Shown here piece after piece: positions 28,410-38,548 of a stretch of DNA of 64,000 nucleotides. Under the pieces are notes generated by a model. The model saw only the letters and a program-made list of their open reading frames with translations, did not search any database and was not told where the DNA came from. The first letter of the stretch is position 1. The number at the start of each line of letters is the position of its first letter. The DNA lies in NCBI GenBank assembly GCA_046543095.1, contig JBKHAC010000002.1:2525-66524 (forward strand), read 5' to 3'. A program made the translations under genes and the position numbers. Origin of the DNA: Candidatus Woesearchaeota archaeon (GTDB lineage: Archaea; Nanobdellota; Nanobdellia; Woesearchaeales; 21-14-0-10-32-9).

Positions 28410-29840
28410 ATGAACACAGAAAACAACAAGATGAAATTTGAAGATTTCAATTTCAGCCCGCAATTAATGCGCGCAATAAATAAACTAGGCTACAGCGAGC
28501 CAACAGAAATACAAGCAAAAACAATACCTGCAGTACTCGAAGGATCAGATGTACTCGGCGAGTCAGCAACAGGATCTGGAAAAACTCTCGCATTCGGCGT
28601 AGGTGCAATAGAGACATCAAAACCAAAACAAGGACTTCAAACATTAATATTAGTTCCAACAAGAGAACTCGCAGAACAAGTGATGACATCAATAAAAGAC
28701 TTAAATTCTGGAAAATCACTAAAACTTGTATCAATATACGGAGGCGTATCAATAAATCCACAAATGGACGCACTTAGATACTCCGAGATAGCAATTGCAA
28801 CACCTGGAAGATTAAAAGATCATATACAAAGAGGAACAATTAATTTATCAAATATAAAACTCTTAATACTAGACGAAGCAGACAGAATGCTTGATATGGG
28901 CTTTGCAGACGACATTGAAGATATAGTAAAACAATGCCCAAAACAAAGACAAACATTATTCTTTTCAGCAACATTCCCACCACAAGTAAAAACACTAACA
29001 AAAAAATACTTAAAAGTACCAGTACAGGTAAAAGTACAAAACCAAGTAGACCCAAAACTATTAAAACAAATATATTACGATGTTAGGCGAGGAGATAAAT
29101 TATCATTATTAATACACTTAATTAGAAAAGAGAGCGCAGATAAAATAATGATTTTTTGCAATACAAGAATAAATTCGGATTTAGTACAACAAAATCTTAA
29201 ATTTAATAAAATAAGCGCGGAAGCTCTACACGGCGGATTTACACAAGCAAGCAGAACAAAAGTAATAGATAAATTTAAAGAAGGAAAAAGTAAAGTACTA
29301 GTCTGCACAGATGTCGCTGCACGAGGAATACATGTTGATGACGTCACACACATATATAATTATGATATACCTAAAGACCATAATGATTATGTGCACAGAA
29401 TAGGAAGAACTGCAAGAGCTGGAAGTGAGGGACTAGTCATAAATTTACTATGTGATTTTGACCACCAAAACTTTTCAAGAGTTATGAGCAACTTTGATTT
29501 TAACATACCAAAAGTAGAGATGCCAAAAGATATGGAAAAAATAAAATTCAACGCGCAAAAAATAAGCGGCGGAGAAGACAGAGTGCAATCAGGCGGCAGG
29601 GGCGGACCTAGACGTGAAGGCGGAAGAGGCCCTAGCAGAGGCAGAAGCGATAATCGAAGCAGAGGACGTAGCCAAGGCGGAAGATATAATAGGGACTCAA
29701 GATCAGATAGCTCAAATGAAGGAAGAAGCGAACCTAGACGCGAAGGCAGCAGAAGCCCAAACAGAAGTTCCAGCAGAGGCCCAAGCAGAGGAAGTAGTAG
29801 AAGCCCAAATAGGCGCTCAGATAACCGTCCTCGAAACTAA
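28410..29840 (+). CDS. DEAD-box ATP-dependent RNA helicase with an Arg/Ser/Gly-rich C-terminal tail
   Basis: Q-motif, GSGKT, DEAD, SAT and HRIGRTARAG motifs. The C-terminal ~100 aa is RGG/RS low-complexity. Confidence 0.9.
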   Translation: MNTENNKMKFEDFNFSPQLMRAINKLGYSEPTEIQAKTIPAVLEGSDVLGESATGSGKTLAFGVGAIETSKPKQGLQTLILVPTRELAEQVMTSIKDLNSGKSLKLVSIYGGVSINPQMDALRYSEIAIATPGRLKDHIQRGTINLSNIKLLILDEADRMLDMGFADDIEDIVKQCPKQRQTLFFSATFPPQVKTLTKKYLKVPVQVKVQNQVDPKLLKQIYYDVRRGDKLSLLIHLIRKESADKIMIFCNTRINSDLVQQNLKFNKISAEALHGGFTQASRTKVIDKFKEGKSKVLVCTDVAARGIHVDDVTHIYNYDIPKDHNDYVHRIGRTARAGSEGLVINLLCDFDHQNFSRVMSNFDFNIPKVEMPKDMEKIKFNAQKISGGEDRVQSGGRGGPRREGGRGPSRGRSDNRSRGRSQGGRYNRDSRSDSSNEGRSEPRREGSRSPNRSSSRGPSRGSSRSPNRRSDNRPRN

Positions 29841-29904
29841 AAAACATCATTCTTTATTTTTTTAATTCATTTTTTATTAAATCAACAAAAAACGCTAATT
29901 CTTA

Positions 29905-30068
29905 GGCCTTATAGGAATCCTATTAAAATTTTAATAATGATGCTATCTTGCCTAAGTCATAGATCAAACATCTGTGGTGTGTGAGACTCGGTTCAAATGT
30001 CTAAATAATATGGAAACGGAGCATAGCATCATTAAGATTTTATTGGTTCGAAAAGGATTTCTATGGCG
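29905..30068 (-). repeat. Family-4 TIR element (inverted copy)
   Basis: Reverse complement matches 37908..38086. Confidence 0.8.
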
Positions 30069-30115
30069 CCAATTCTTAGAAAAGTATAAAAAGAGAACTT
30101 GTTTAAATAAAACTT

Positions 30116-30313
30116 ATGAAACAAAAAATAATACTCACATTAACATTTTTATGCCTTGCTATTGCAGGAATATTCGCAATAGGAATGGGATCAGGACTCA
30201 CAGGATTTGTCATAGCAGATGCAAGCCAAGAAATTACAGTGAACCAAATATTTTCTGCAAGCTTTCTATTTTTAGGACTTGCAATATTCGTCGTGGGACT
30301 TTTACATGATTGA
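30116..30313 (+). CDS. Small membrane protein (2 TM), tentative
   Basis: Two hydrophobic helices. Could also be noise. Confidence 0.25.
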   Translation: MKQKIILTLTFLCLAIAGIFAIGMGSGLTGFVIADASQEITVNQIFSASFLFLGLAIFVVGLLHD

Positions 30314-30406
30314 CGAAATAAAAATAAAGTCAATAAAAAAAAATATTATGTTAATATATAAAAGAGAAGACTAATAAAAAAAACATAAGAAAAAACAATT
30401 GAAAAA

Positions 30407-31480
30407 TTAATTCTTATTAGTATCAAACGGCTCAAGGAAAGTACTAAGCTGACGATTAACCATAAGAAAAGTAGTCCGTTTACTAAATTCTCTCAAATTC
30501 CTTGCACCAATATAAGTACCAGTACTTCTAAGCGACCCAAGAATTTCATGAACAAAATTAGCAACATCCCCTTTATACGGAACCTCAACAGTCCTGCCCT
30601 CACTTGCACGATGCTCATCAACTTTACCATAATACTTATTCATCGCAGTAGCTGAACTCATACCAAAATGCTCCTTAAACTTCAAACCACTACGCTCAAT
30701 TAAAGCGCCACCGCTCTGATCAAAACCTGCAAACATAGACCCAATCATAACAAAATCAGCACCACCACAAAACGCCTTCGCAATACAAGACGGACTTATA
30801 ATGCCACCATCACTCATAATCCTACCTGAACCATTATTCTTACTAATGCCATGCGCAGCATCCGCGCACTCAATTACAGCACTAAGCTGAGGATAACCAA
30901 CACCAGTCTGCCTCCTCGTTGTACACGCAGAACCACTACCAATACCAATTTTAACAATGTCAGCACCTTCAAGAAGTATTTGTTCAGTTATTTCATTAGT
31001 TACAACGTTACCTGCAATAATTATGTGCTCAGGACAAATACTTCTAAGTTCCTTAACTTTACCAGTGAACCGCTCAAGATACGCATTAGGCACATCAAGA
31101 CAAATAAAACTAAATTTATCAAGAAGACCACGCTCTTTCATAATTTTTAATTTATCAAAATCTTCATCACGAATACCAAGACTATATGCAATATAATCGG
31201 GACTATTATAAGACTTAAAAAAAACCTCGAGTTCATCAGCAGAATAAAATTTATGCAAAGCAGTAATAATTTTATGCTTAGACAATGTTTTCGCCATCTC
31301 AAGCGTACCAGATGTTGCCATATTCGCAGTAATTATAGGAATGCCAGACCATTTTTTTGGTGAGTGCAAGAATGTGAATGTTCGCTCAAGCACAACATCA
31401 CGCCTTGATGTAAGCGTACTACGCTTAGGCCTTATTAATACGTCAGAAAAGTCTAGTTTTACTTCATTATCAATTCTCAT
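30407..31480 (-). CDS. guaC: GMP reductase (IMPDH/GuaC family, TIM barrel)
   Basis: Near-colinear with bacterial GuaC: MRI..E.KL.F.DVLIRPKRSTL.SR.DV.LER.FTF...GIGPGSVCTTR..TGVGYPQLSAVIECADAAHG. No CBS insert, which argues against IMPDH. Confidence 0.8.
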   Translation of the reverse strand: MRIDNEVKLDFSDVLIRPKRSTLTSRRDVVLERTFTFLHSPKKWSGIPIITANMATSGTLEMAKTLSKHKIITALHKFYSADELEVFFKSYNSPDYIAYSLGIRDEDFDKLKIMKERGLLDKFSFICLDVPNAYLERFTGKVKELRSICPEHIIIAGNVVTNEITEQILLEGADIVKIGIGSGSACTTRRQTGVGYPQLSAVIECADAAHGISKNNGSGRIMSDGGIISPSCIAKAFCGGADFVMIGSMFAGFDQSGGALIERSGLKFKEHFGMSSATAMNKYYGKVDEHRASEGRTVEVPYKGDVANFVHEILGSLRSTGTYIGARNLREFSKRTTFLMVNRQLSTFLEPFDTNKN

Positions 31481-31528
31481 ATTGTTTAATTAATTTGTTT
31501 TATTATATTAAACTTTCTCCTAAAATAT

Positions 31529-31673
31529 GGCTCTGTCCCAAATAACAATGAAGTGTATACTGCGCAAACCGAACAATGTTCACTAGATTTTAAATCCGAG
31601 TCCATAAAAACCAATGTTTATTTTGAGTGGTTTGCTCGGCAGTATACAAAAAACAACTATTTGGGACAAAGCC
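31529..31673 (+). repeat. Family-1 hairpin repeat (reference copy)
   Basis: 145 bp with imperfect long inverted arms and an internal palindrome GAACAATGTTC. Confidence 0.85.
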
Positions 31674-31782
31674 TAAAATATACAAAACGTAACTATCGCA
31701 TAATAGAAACTTTTAAATAAACGTTCAAATTAACAAGTTTAATTAAAGCAATTAAACAAAAATGAAGCTTTAAAGATTAAAA

Positions 31783-32241
31783 ATGAACTATCCTAATCTA
31801 AATTACATCGTTGAAGCATTATCTAACACATATTCTGTGTCACAAATAGGACAAATTTTTTCAGAATCACTTACAAGACGCAAATTAGACTCGATTGCTT
31901 ATTTTAACAGAGAAAATGTACAAAATAATGTAAAAGTAAAAAAAGTACAAGGAAAAGTAATATCAAATCTAAAAGCAGAACTAATAGTCGCAACATTTAA
32001 GCCATACACTTTTTCGAACACAGATTTCAGAGTACTAAAATTCCCAAATGAAAACTCCTTACTTGGATGCGTGAAAACAGCAATAGATCTAAAAGGAGAA
32101 GATGCATTTGAGGATATAGGTCAAGCAGTACTTAAAGGATCTGAGATATACTTAATGAAAGAACCACTTGCAAAATATATGAATTCATTCCAATTCAAAG
32201 AATACACGTCAATACAAGCAGAGCTACAAAAAATACATTGA
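31783..32241 (+). CDS. Hypothetical protein
   Basis: ORF, with coding-strand A-richness consistent with genuine genes here. Confidence 0.35.
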   Translation: MNYPNLNYIVEALSNTYSVSQIGQIFSESLTRRKLDSIAYFNRENVQNNVKVKKVQGKVISNLKAELIVATFKPYTFSNTDFRVLKFPNENSLLGCVKTAIDLKGEDAFEDIGQAVLKGSEIYLMKEPLAKYMNSFQFKEYTSIQAELQKIH

Positions 32242-32251
32242 GGAAATAAAG

Positions 32252-33769
32252 ATGAGGTATCAATATAAAATAGCAGATACTAATATTTTTTTAATAGATC
32301 CTATAGTCGCACTATATGGTTTTGGCCCAAAAGATCAAGACACAGTTAATCACTTAATAATACCATCAAAAGTATTAAACGAGATGGACAAATTTAAAAC
32401 AGAACAGTACACTGAGCGAGGTTACAATTCAAGAGTATTTTCAAGAGAATTAAAAAAAATAACACGCGAAAAAGGAGCCTTAAGCGAACCGGTAAAACTA
32501 AGAGACAATTATTTTCTACAAGTATCTTTTGAATCAACACCCGTACCATTTACAAAGGACGAACTAATAAATGATGATTACATAATAGGCACAGCAAAAT
32601 ATTATGCAGAAAATCACTCAAATGAGAATGTTGAATTAATTACGAATGACGATTTGGTATACATTAAAGCAAGCTCTCTTGGAATTAATGTTTCTGATTG
32701 GATAGGTGCTCGAGCAGTATCAAGTATTGAAGAAAGTTATAAAGGATGGAGAACAGTTCGTGCGCCAAAGCACATATATAACAACTTAAAAGATGGCGCG
32801 TTAGATATAACAAACACGAAAATTGAAGGATTAGAAGACATTATGCCAAACGAATATATTTTATTTGTAGATGAAAATTTGCCTGAAAGTTACGAAGTAC
32901 CTATATTTAACAGCAAAAATGAAAACTCGACAGATTTCGCATTAGCAAGATACGTATCAAACATTAAAAGTTTTGAGAATGGATGTATTGTTCACGTGAA
33001 TCCAAGAAGCGCAAATAATTCATCGGTTTTATCTATAAAATCAAGAAACTACGAACAAGCATTCGCACTTGACGCACTACTAAACCCGAATATAAAACTA
33101 GTCAATCTCATAGGAATGGCAGGAACAGGAAAGACGCTACTTTCACTTGCTGCAGGAATAAACATGCTAAATATGGAAGATGAATCTAAATCAAAACAAT
33201 ATGATAGAGTGATTGCAACAAGAATGATGATATCTTCAGGAGGCCAAGAACTCGGAGCACTACCAGGGGATATAGGTGACAAAATGGATCCTTACATGGA
33301 ACCAATATATGATAATTTAAAACCAGAAATGTTTAAAAAATTCATTGATAAGAATGGAAACGCAGAACCTAGAAAAACTAAAGTTTTGCTCGAACAAAAA
33401 AAAGAAGAAATAAATGAGATATATAAGATGAATGCATTTAAAACCCATTTATTAAATAATGACAAATTAGTAATACAACCACTACAAGCAATGAGAGGCA
33501 GAAGCATAGACGGGGCTTTTTTTATAGTGACAGAAGGACAAAACCTATCGCCTTCAGAAATAAAAACAATTATTACACGAGCAGGAGAAAACACAAAAAT
33601 TGTTGTTGAAGGAGACCCAGACCAAATAGATAAAAAAGGACTAACAGATGTAATAAACGGGCTAATGCATGCATCAGAAAAATTTAAAGAACAAGAAATC
33701 TCAGCTACAGTGAAATTATTTCAAGGAGAACGAAGCGAACTTGCAACACTTGGCGGAAAACTATTATGA
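32252..33769 (+). CDS. PhoH2-type protein: N-terminal PIN domain fused to a PhoH-like ATPase
   Basis: PIN-like N-terminus (acidic residues in IADTNIFLIDP). Walker A LIGMAGTGKTLLSLAAG. Walker B FFIVTEGQNL. Confidence 0.7.
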   Translation: MRYQYKIADTNIFLIDPIVALYGFGPKDQDTVNHLIIPSKVLNEMDKFKTEQYTERGYNSRVFSRELKKITREKGALSEPVKLRDNYFLQVSFESTPVPFTKDELINDDYIIGTAKYYAENHSNENVELITNDDLVYIKASSLGINVSDWIGARAVSSIEESYKGWRTVRAPKHIYNNLKDGALDITNTKIEGLEDIMPNEYILFVDENLPESYEVPIFNSKNENSTDFALARYVSNIKSFENGCIVHVNPRSANNSSVLSIKSRNYEQAFALDALLNPNIKLVNLIGMAGTGKTLLSLAAGINMLNMEDESKSKQYDRVIATRMMISSGGQELGALPGDIGDKMDPYMEPIYDNLKPEMFKKFIDKNGNAEPRKTKVLLEQKKEEINEIYKMNAFKTHLLNNDKLVIQPLQAMRGRSIDGAFFIVTEGQNLSPSEIKTIITRAGENTKIVVEGDPDQIDKKGLTDVINGLMHASEKFKEQEISATVKLFQGERSELATLGGKLL

Positions 33770-34090
33770 ACATATTTTAAAGAATTAGACTAAATTGATA
33801 CTTTGTTTTTTTCTCACCAAATAATTTTTCAGTATTTTTATAATATGTTTTTATAGTAGAAAAATAAAACTGAGGATTATTTGCAATATGCACAAATAAA
33901 AAAATATTTACGCGCACTAGATAAAGATGAAAATAATCGACTCAAAAACCCTGAATTTTTATCAAACAAAGTATCAACAATACAATTTGTAAACAAAATA
34001 AGATCAAAAACATACGAGGCAATGTCTGAGAGATATTTTTAATAAGAAAATTAAAAAACAAAATCAGATAAAATAAAAATACACAAAAAA

Positions 34091-34450
34091 ATGAGCATAG
34101 AAAAGATAATAAAAAAAACAATGACTACGCTGAGCGCAGTCGCATTAATTAGTGCAACCTTTTACGCACCAAGACTCAACACCCAAACATACACAGGAAA
34201 AATAAATATGGTAGGTGCATCAATAGAGACTGTCGAGCAAAATCCATCGCTAAAAAAATACCAAGTATTCACAACACAAAAAAATGGCGAAGTTAAAGTT
34301 ATGGATAATAAAGACACATATATGGGACTAAAATTTAATTCAAAAGAAATAAACAATGAGCTTGAACGAGAAAAAACCTACGAGTTCACAACATACCAAA
34401 TACCCTTCACACGAAATAGAAACATACTACGCGCCAAAGAAATAAAATAA
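34091..34450 (+). CDS. Small secreted/membrane-anchored hypothetical protein
   Basis: N-terminal signal-like helix. Confidence 0.35.
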   Translation: MSIEKIIKKTMTTLSAVALISATFYAPRLNTQTYTGKINMVGASIETVEQNPSLKKYQVFTTQKNGEVKVMDNKDTYMGLKFNSKEINNELEREKTYEFTTYQIPFTRNRNILRAKEIK

Positions 34451-34455
34451 CTTCT

Positions 34456-34782
34456 TTAAGATTTAAATTTTTTATCATATAAATTTTTTGCAGAAAAGTA
34501 AGATTCTTTAATTAACGGAAAAAAAGTTTTTGCATCAGATGAATTAGGCAAAAATAATAATTTTGATGAATCCATTAAATAAATTCTATGAACAGAAGTT
34601 AAATTAAGCTGATTGTAACCTTGTTCGTATTTGTTTTTTGATTTATACAAATCCTCAATTTCAAATTTAAGAATGCCTTTAGTTAAACACTCATCAAGAC
34701 AATACAAAAAGTTTTCTAATTCGCCTTCAGCGCCAGTAATTTCAATTCTATAATTCTCAGTATCAATAAGTTCATTTAACAT
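34456..34782 (-). CDS. Hypothetical protein, 2 nt downstream of hef (probably co-transcribed)
   Basis: Its start lies 2 nt after the Hef stop. Confidence 0.35.
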   Translation of the reverse strand: MLNELIDTENYRIEITGAEGELENFLYCLDECLTKGILKFEIEDLYKSKNKYEQGYNQLNLTSVHRIYLMDSSKLLFLPNSSDAKTFFPLIKESYFSAKNLYDKKFKS

Positions 34783-34784
34783 TT

Positions 34785-36974
34785 TTATTTATCAACCTCA
34801 TACTCCGCGTCAACAATTTCTTTAATTCTTTGCGCCTTTTTTTGACCAATAAGATCAACAATTTGCAAATCAGATGCACTAGCATTAATAACATTTTTTA
34901 CAGATTTAAAATGCTCAAGCAAACTAGGTGCGAGCTTCGAGCCAACACCAGGCAAACTTGATATAATATATTCTTGAAGCTCCCTATTAGAAAAAGGCTT
35001 TGACTGATGCATCTGAAAATCCTGCACATCAGGACTCTGCTCCTTGTTTGCAACAAAAATCAAATACGCAGCAGTATCTTTAGGATTCTTCGTAAAAATA
35101 ATAGGAATCTTCATAATACTTGTTAAAGTATAAATCATGCCACGAATAGCATTAGGATGAATTTTACGCTGAGCATAAACATCCTCATCGCCCTCAACAA
35201 TAAAAAAAGGCTTATGATATTGCTTAAGCTCCCTTGCCTGACTCAAAAGCCTACCATCAATGATACTATCAACAAAATCCTTAACAGTTTTATATTCAAC
35301 CACGACGTTTTCAGTTAAATGAAAATCACCAATACTCAAACTCTTAAGCTCAAGACTCGCACCCATATTCATCAAAGACTTCATAACACTCGAGCCCTTC
35401 TCACGAAAATCAACAAGAATAGAAACAGGCTTTTGATCAAATTCAACAATAGTTTTCTGTTCGCGCCTATCCATCGCAGAAACTTTATCTTTAATATTTT
35501 TAAGCACGCGATACATACGTTTCTCTTTATGATGTGCAACCCAACGATTACTCTCATCACGAGTATTGCTCGTAACTAAAACAACAACTCGCCCAGCCTT
35601 ATGACGACCAGTCCTACCACGACGCTGAACAGTACGAATCGCACTCGGAACAGGCTCATAAAATAAAACAAGATTAACCTCAGGAATATCAAGACCTTCC
35701 TCACCAACACTAGTTGCAATAAGACAAGAAAATTTATCTTCTTTAAATTGTTCAATCATAAGCTTCTGATTTTTCTGCGAGAGACCACCCACGTTCTTTT
35801 TTTTAGCCTGACCAGTAAATACCTCGCATTTAATAAAATTAGCATCAAGTACACTTTTAAGCTTAATACCAGTATCACGAAACTGAGAAAAAATAATTAT
35901 TTTAGATGCAGGATCACGCTCAAGCTCATCTAAAATGAGAGATTTCACAGCATCAATTTTAGGATGCTGAAAATTAGACTCTCTAAGCGCTCTTGCAGCA
36001 ATTAAAGCAGACCTAAAATTAACATCGCGAACAAGATTTTTAACAGCTTTCGTATTAGATGTTAAAGCCTGCTTTTCAAGACCCTCAAGATACTCAATTA
36101 AAGGAGCCACATCTTGAGTTTCAATTAAATCCTGCGCATGCTGAACCTTCAGAGATTCACTTAAAAGACTAATAGTTTTCAAAACCTCAAAATCACGCTC
36201 ACCAGCAGAAACTCTACTGTGAAGCTCAGATATTAATTTCAAAAGACTTGTTTTTGAATAAGTTAAATTATCTTTTGATACAAACCCTAGTTTTGATGCT
36301 TCCTCAAGTTTTGATACAAAACACTTATCAAGAAACATTTTCACACGTAGTAAGTCCTCAGGTAATTCAACTTTTATATAATCAATATTAATATCTTGAA
36401 CATACGGCGCAACATCAGCATCATCCACGCTACGATACTCAAGATCCTCAATTGAGAGATTCAAACAAACATTCAAAATAGTCTCCTCATCAGAACCAGG
36501 ACTTGCAGTAAGACCTAAAATCCTAGGATGATTTGCATCTTCCATATATTTTTTTGCAAGATACACATAAGAATAATCCCCAACAGCTCTGTGAGCCTCA
36601 TCAAAAACAATAACTGACACATCTTTTAGAGAAATTCTACTACTAATAACATCATTTTCAAAACCTTGAGGCGTACTTACAAATACGCTGTTATTTTCCC
36701 AAAGTTCTTTTCGTTTAGATGGAGGGGTACTGCCTGAAAAACTAGTGCATGTGCCTAAAAATTCAATTAAAGTTTTTTCATGTTGCTCAACTAAAGGCCT
36801 TGTTGGCGCGAGAAAAACAACTTTAGATTTAGGATATAAAGCAAGCCTGTGCTTTATTAACATGGCGGCGATAGCTGTTTTACCAAGTCCTGTAGGGATT
36901 ACAGCAAGAGTATTTTTAGAGGATGCAGTACCTAGAATAGATTCTTGATAAAGCCTCAATTTAATGCTTGACAT
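34785..36974 (-). CDS. hef: Hef: SF2 helicase fused to an ERCC4/XPF-family nuclease and HhH2 (archaeal FANCM/XPF homolog)
   Basis: N-terminal IPTGLGKTAIAAM, DEAH and QRRGRTGR helicase motifs. C-terminal ERCC4 block GDFHL...ELK. Terminal HhH2 LPGVGSKLAPSLL. Confidence 0.85.
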   Translation of the reverse strand: MSSIKLRLYQESILGTASSKNTLAVIPTGLGKTAIAAMLIKHRLALYPKSKVVFLAPTRPLVEQHEKTLIEFLGTCTSFSGSTPPSKRKELWENNSVFVSTPQGFENDVISSRISLKDVSVIVFDEAHRAVGDYSYVYLAKKYMEDANHPRILGLTASPGSDEETILNVCLNLSIEDLEYRSVDDADVAPYVQDINIDYIKVELPEDLLRVKMFLDKCFVSKLEEASKLGFVSKDNLTYSKTSLLKLISELHSRVSAGERDFEVLKTISLLSESLKVQHAQDLIETQDVAPLIEYLEGLEKQALTSNTKAVKNLVRDVNFRSALIAARALRESNFQHPKIDAVKSLILDELERDPASKIIIFSQFRDTGIKLKSVLDANFIKCEVFTGQAKKKNVGGLSQKNQKLMIEQFKEDKFSCLIATSVGEEGLDIPEVNLVLFYEPVPSAIRTVQRRGRTGRHKAGRVVVLVTSNTRDESNRWVAHHKEKRMYRVLKNIKDKVSAMDRREQKTIVEFDQKPVSILVDFREKGSSVMKSLMNMGASLELKSLSIGDFHLTENVVVEYKTVKDFVDSIIDGRLLSQARELKQYHKPFFIVEGDEDVYAQRKIHPNAIRGMIYTLTSIMKIPIIFTKNPKDTAAYLIFVANKEQSPDVQDFQMHQSKPFSNRELQEYIISSLPGVGSKLAPSLLEHFKSVKNVINASASDLQIVDLIGQKKAQRIKEIVDAEYEVDK

Positions 36975-37080
36975 TTAGTTGATAAATGCACTGGAATTTA
37001 AAAACATAATGGGTGCTTGTCTAGTGTAAATAAAGAGTTACTTCTTTTTAGTGGTTAAAAAAAGAAAGATTTAAATAAAT

Positions 37081-37878
37081 ATGTTTATTAAATACTTTAA
37101 TATGACAAATTTTTTTCAAAAAAGCAAAAAAGATCTAATATCAATAATAGCAGGAGCTAGCTTATTTTTAAATGTTGCGTGCATGCAAAATAAAAACATT
37201 TCTCAAATATATGAACTGCCAATTCAACAAGAAATAGATATAGAAGAAAATAAAATATTGTATGATGTAATAAACCAAACTCTAGGAGAATTCAAAGAAT
37301 ATGATTTAATCAAAGAAATAGATTTTTATAACGACAGAATATTGTGGGGCTATGTTGATGGAGATAGCACTCTACAAAATTTCACATTAGGTCTAAACAA
37401 GTACAGCGCACTTAAAAAAGATAAAACGCCAACTAACAACTTTATTTATACACTAATTCACGAGCAAGGACATTTAATTTCCTTAAATTCAAATCAAGTA
37501 ACTCCATATTATGATGCCGATATATGCCCAACACTTGAGTTGCCTGAAGGCTGCCTCAAACAAAATTCATATTTATACGATTTTTATAAAGAATTCTGGC
37601 AAGACGAACACGCCCAAAAAAATTATCTTGAAAATAATACAAATTCCTTAAAATTTAATATATTTCATTTTAAAAACAGAAAAAATTTCTTGAATGCTAA
37701 CGCATCAACAAATATCACAGAGGATTTCGCAGAAAGCTTCACACACTACGTACTTGATATAAGTGTCAATGAAAAACACAAATCATATCAAAAAATAACC
37801 TTCTTCGACAAATATGATGATTTAAAAGATATGAAAGAGAGAATACAACAAAATTTATCTAAATTTATAGAAAAATAA
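37081..37878 (+). CDS. Secreted/lipoprotein-like putative zinc metallopeptidase (HExxH)
   Basis: N-terminal signal with Cys (LFLNVAC). HEQGH motif (LIHEQGHLISL). Confidence 0.4.
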   Translation: MFIKYFNMTNFFQKSKKDLISIIAGASLFLNVACMQNKNISQIYELPIQQEIDIEENKILYDVINQTLGEFKEYDLIKEIDFYNDRILWGYVDGDSTLQNFTLGLNKYSALKKDKTPTNNFIYTLIHEQGHLISLNSNQVTPYYDADICPTLELPEGCLKQNSYLYDFYKEFWQDEHAQKNYLENNTNSLKFNIFHFKNRKNFLNANASTNITEDFAESFTHYVLDISVNEKHKSYQKITFFDKYDDLKDMKERIQQNLSKFIEK

Positions 37879-37907
37879 AATAAGCCAAAAATAATATTAT
37901 CAAAAAG

Positions 37908-38086
37908 GTCTCATAGAAATAAGGCCTCATAGAAATCCTTCTCGAACCAATAAAATCTTAATGATGCTATGCTCCGTTTCCATATTATTTAGACATTTGA
38001 ACCGAGCCCTACACACCACAGATGTTTGATCTGAGACTTAGGCAAGATAGCATCATTATTAAAATTTTAATAGGATTTCTATAAGA
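37908..38086 (+). repeat. Family-4 TIR element, with a duplicated left terminus
   Basis: GGTCTCATAGAAATAAGGCCTCATAGAAATCC ... GGATTTCTATAAG. Confidence 0.8.
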
Positions 38087-38132
38087 TCATCAAAAACCAA
38101 AATTTAAATACTAAAAAAACTTTTTAAAAAAA

Positions 38133-38522
38133 ATGTTACTCGGAATACAACTACTCGGAATTGTGTTTATAGTAATAATGCTATACTTTACATATTTAAA
38201 TTACAAAAGACACAACTACGGATCAAGAAGCTTCATATCATGGCTTATAATATGGATTATGGGATTTATAGTGGTATTGTTCCCACAAACATTATATAAC
38301 ATCATGGATGCAGTAAGCATAGATAGAACACAAGACTTCTTCTTCATAGGTGCATTTGTCATATTATTTATGGTGGTGTTTAATATGTATGTTACAATAA
38401 AAAAAACACACGCCAAAGTCGAAAAACTCGTACGAGAGATAGCAATAAAAAACCCAGAGCGAAACACACAAACAAAAAATACAAATAAAAACAAGAAAAA
38501 AACTAAATTTGAGAAAAAATAA
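38133..38522 (+). CDS. Small membrane protein (3 TM) with a basic tail
   Basis: Hydrophobicity pattern. Confidence 0.4.
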   Translation: MLLGIQLLGIVFIVIMLYFTYLNYKRHNYGSRSFISWLIIWIMGFIVVLFPQTLYNIMDAVSIDRTQDFFFIGAFVILFMVVFNMYVTIKKTHAKVEKLVREIAIKNPERNTQTKNTNKNKKKTKFEKK

Positions 38523-38548
38523 AATAAATAACTAATCAATTCTTAAAA

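Noticed and set aside
29895-30068. tRNA-like T-arm sequence GGTTCGAAAAGGA inside family-4 repeats
   Set aside because: No acceptor/anticodon cloverleaf can be drawn. The sequence is part of the repeat TIR. No convincing tRNA was seen anywhere in the window.
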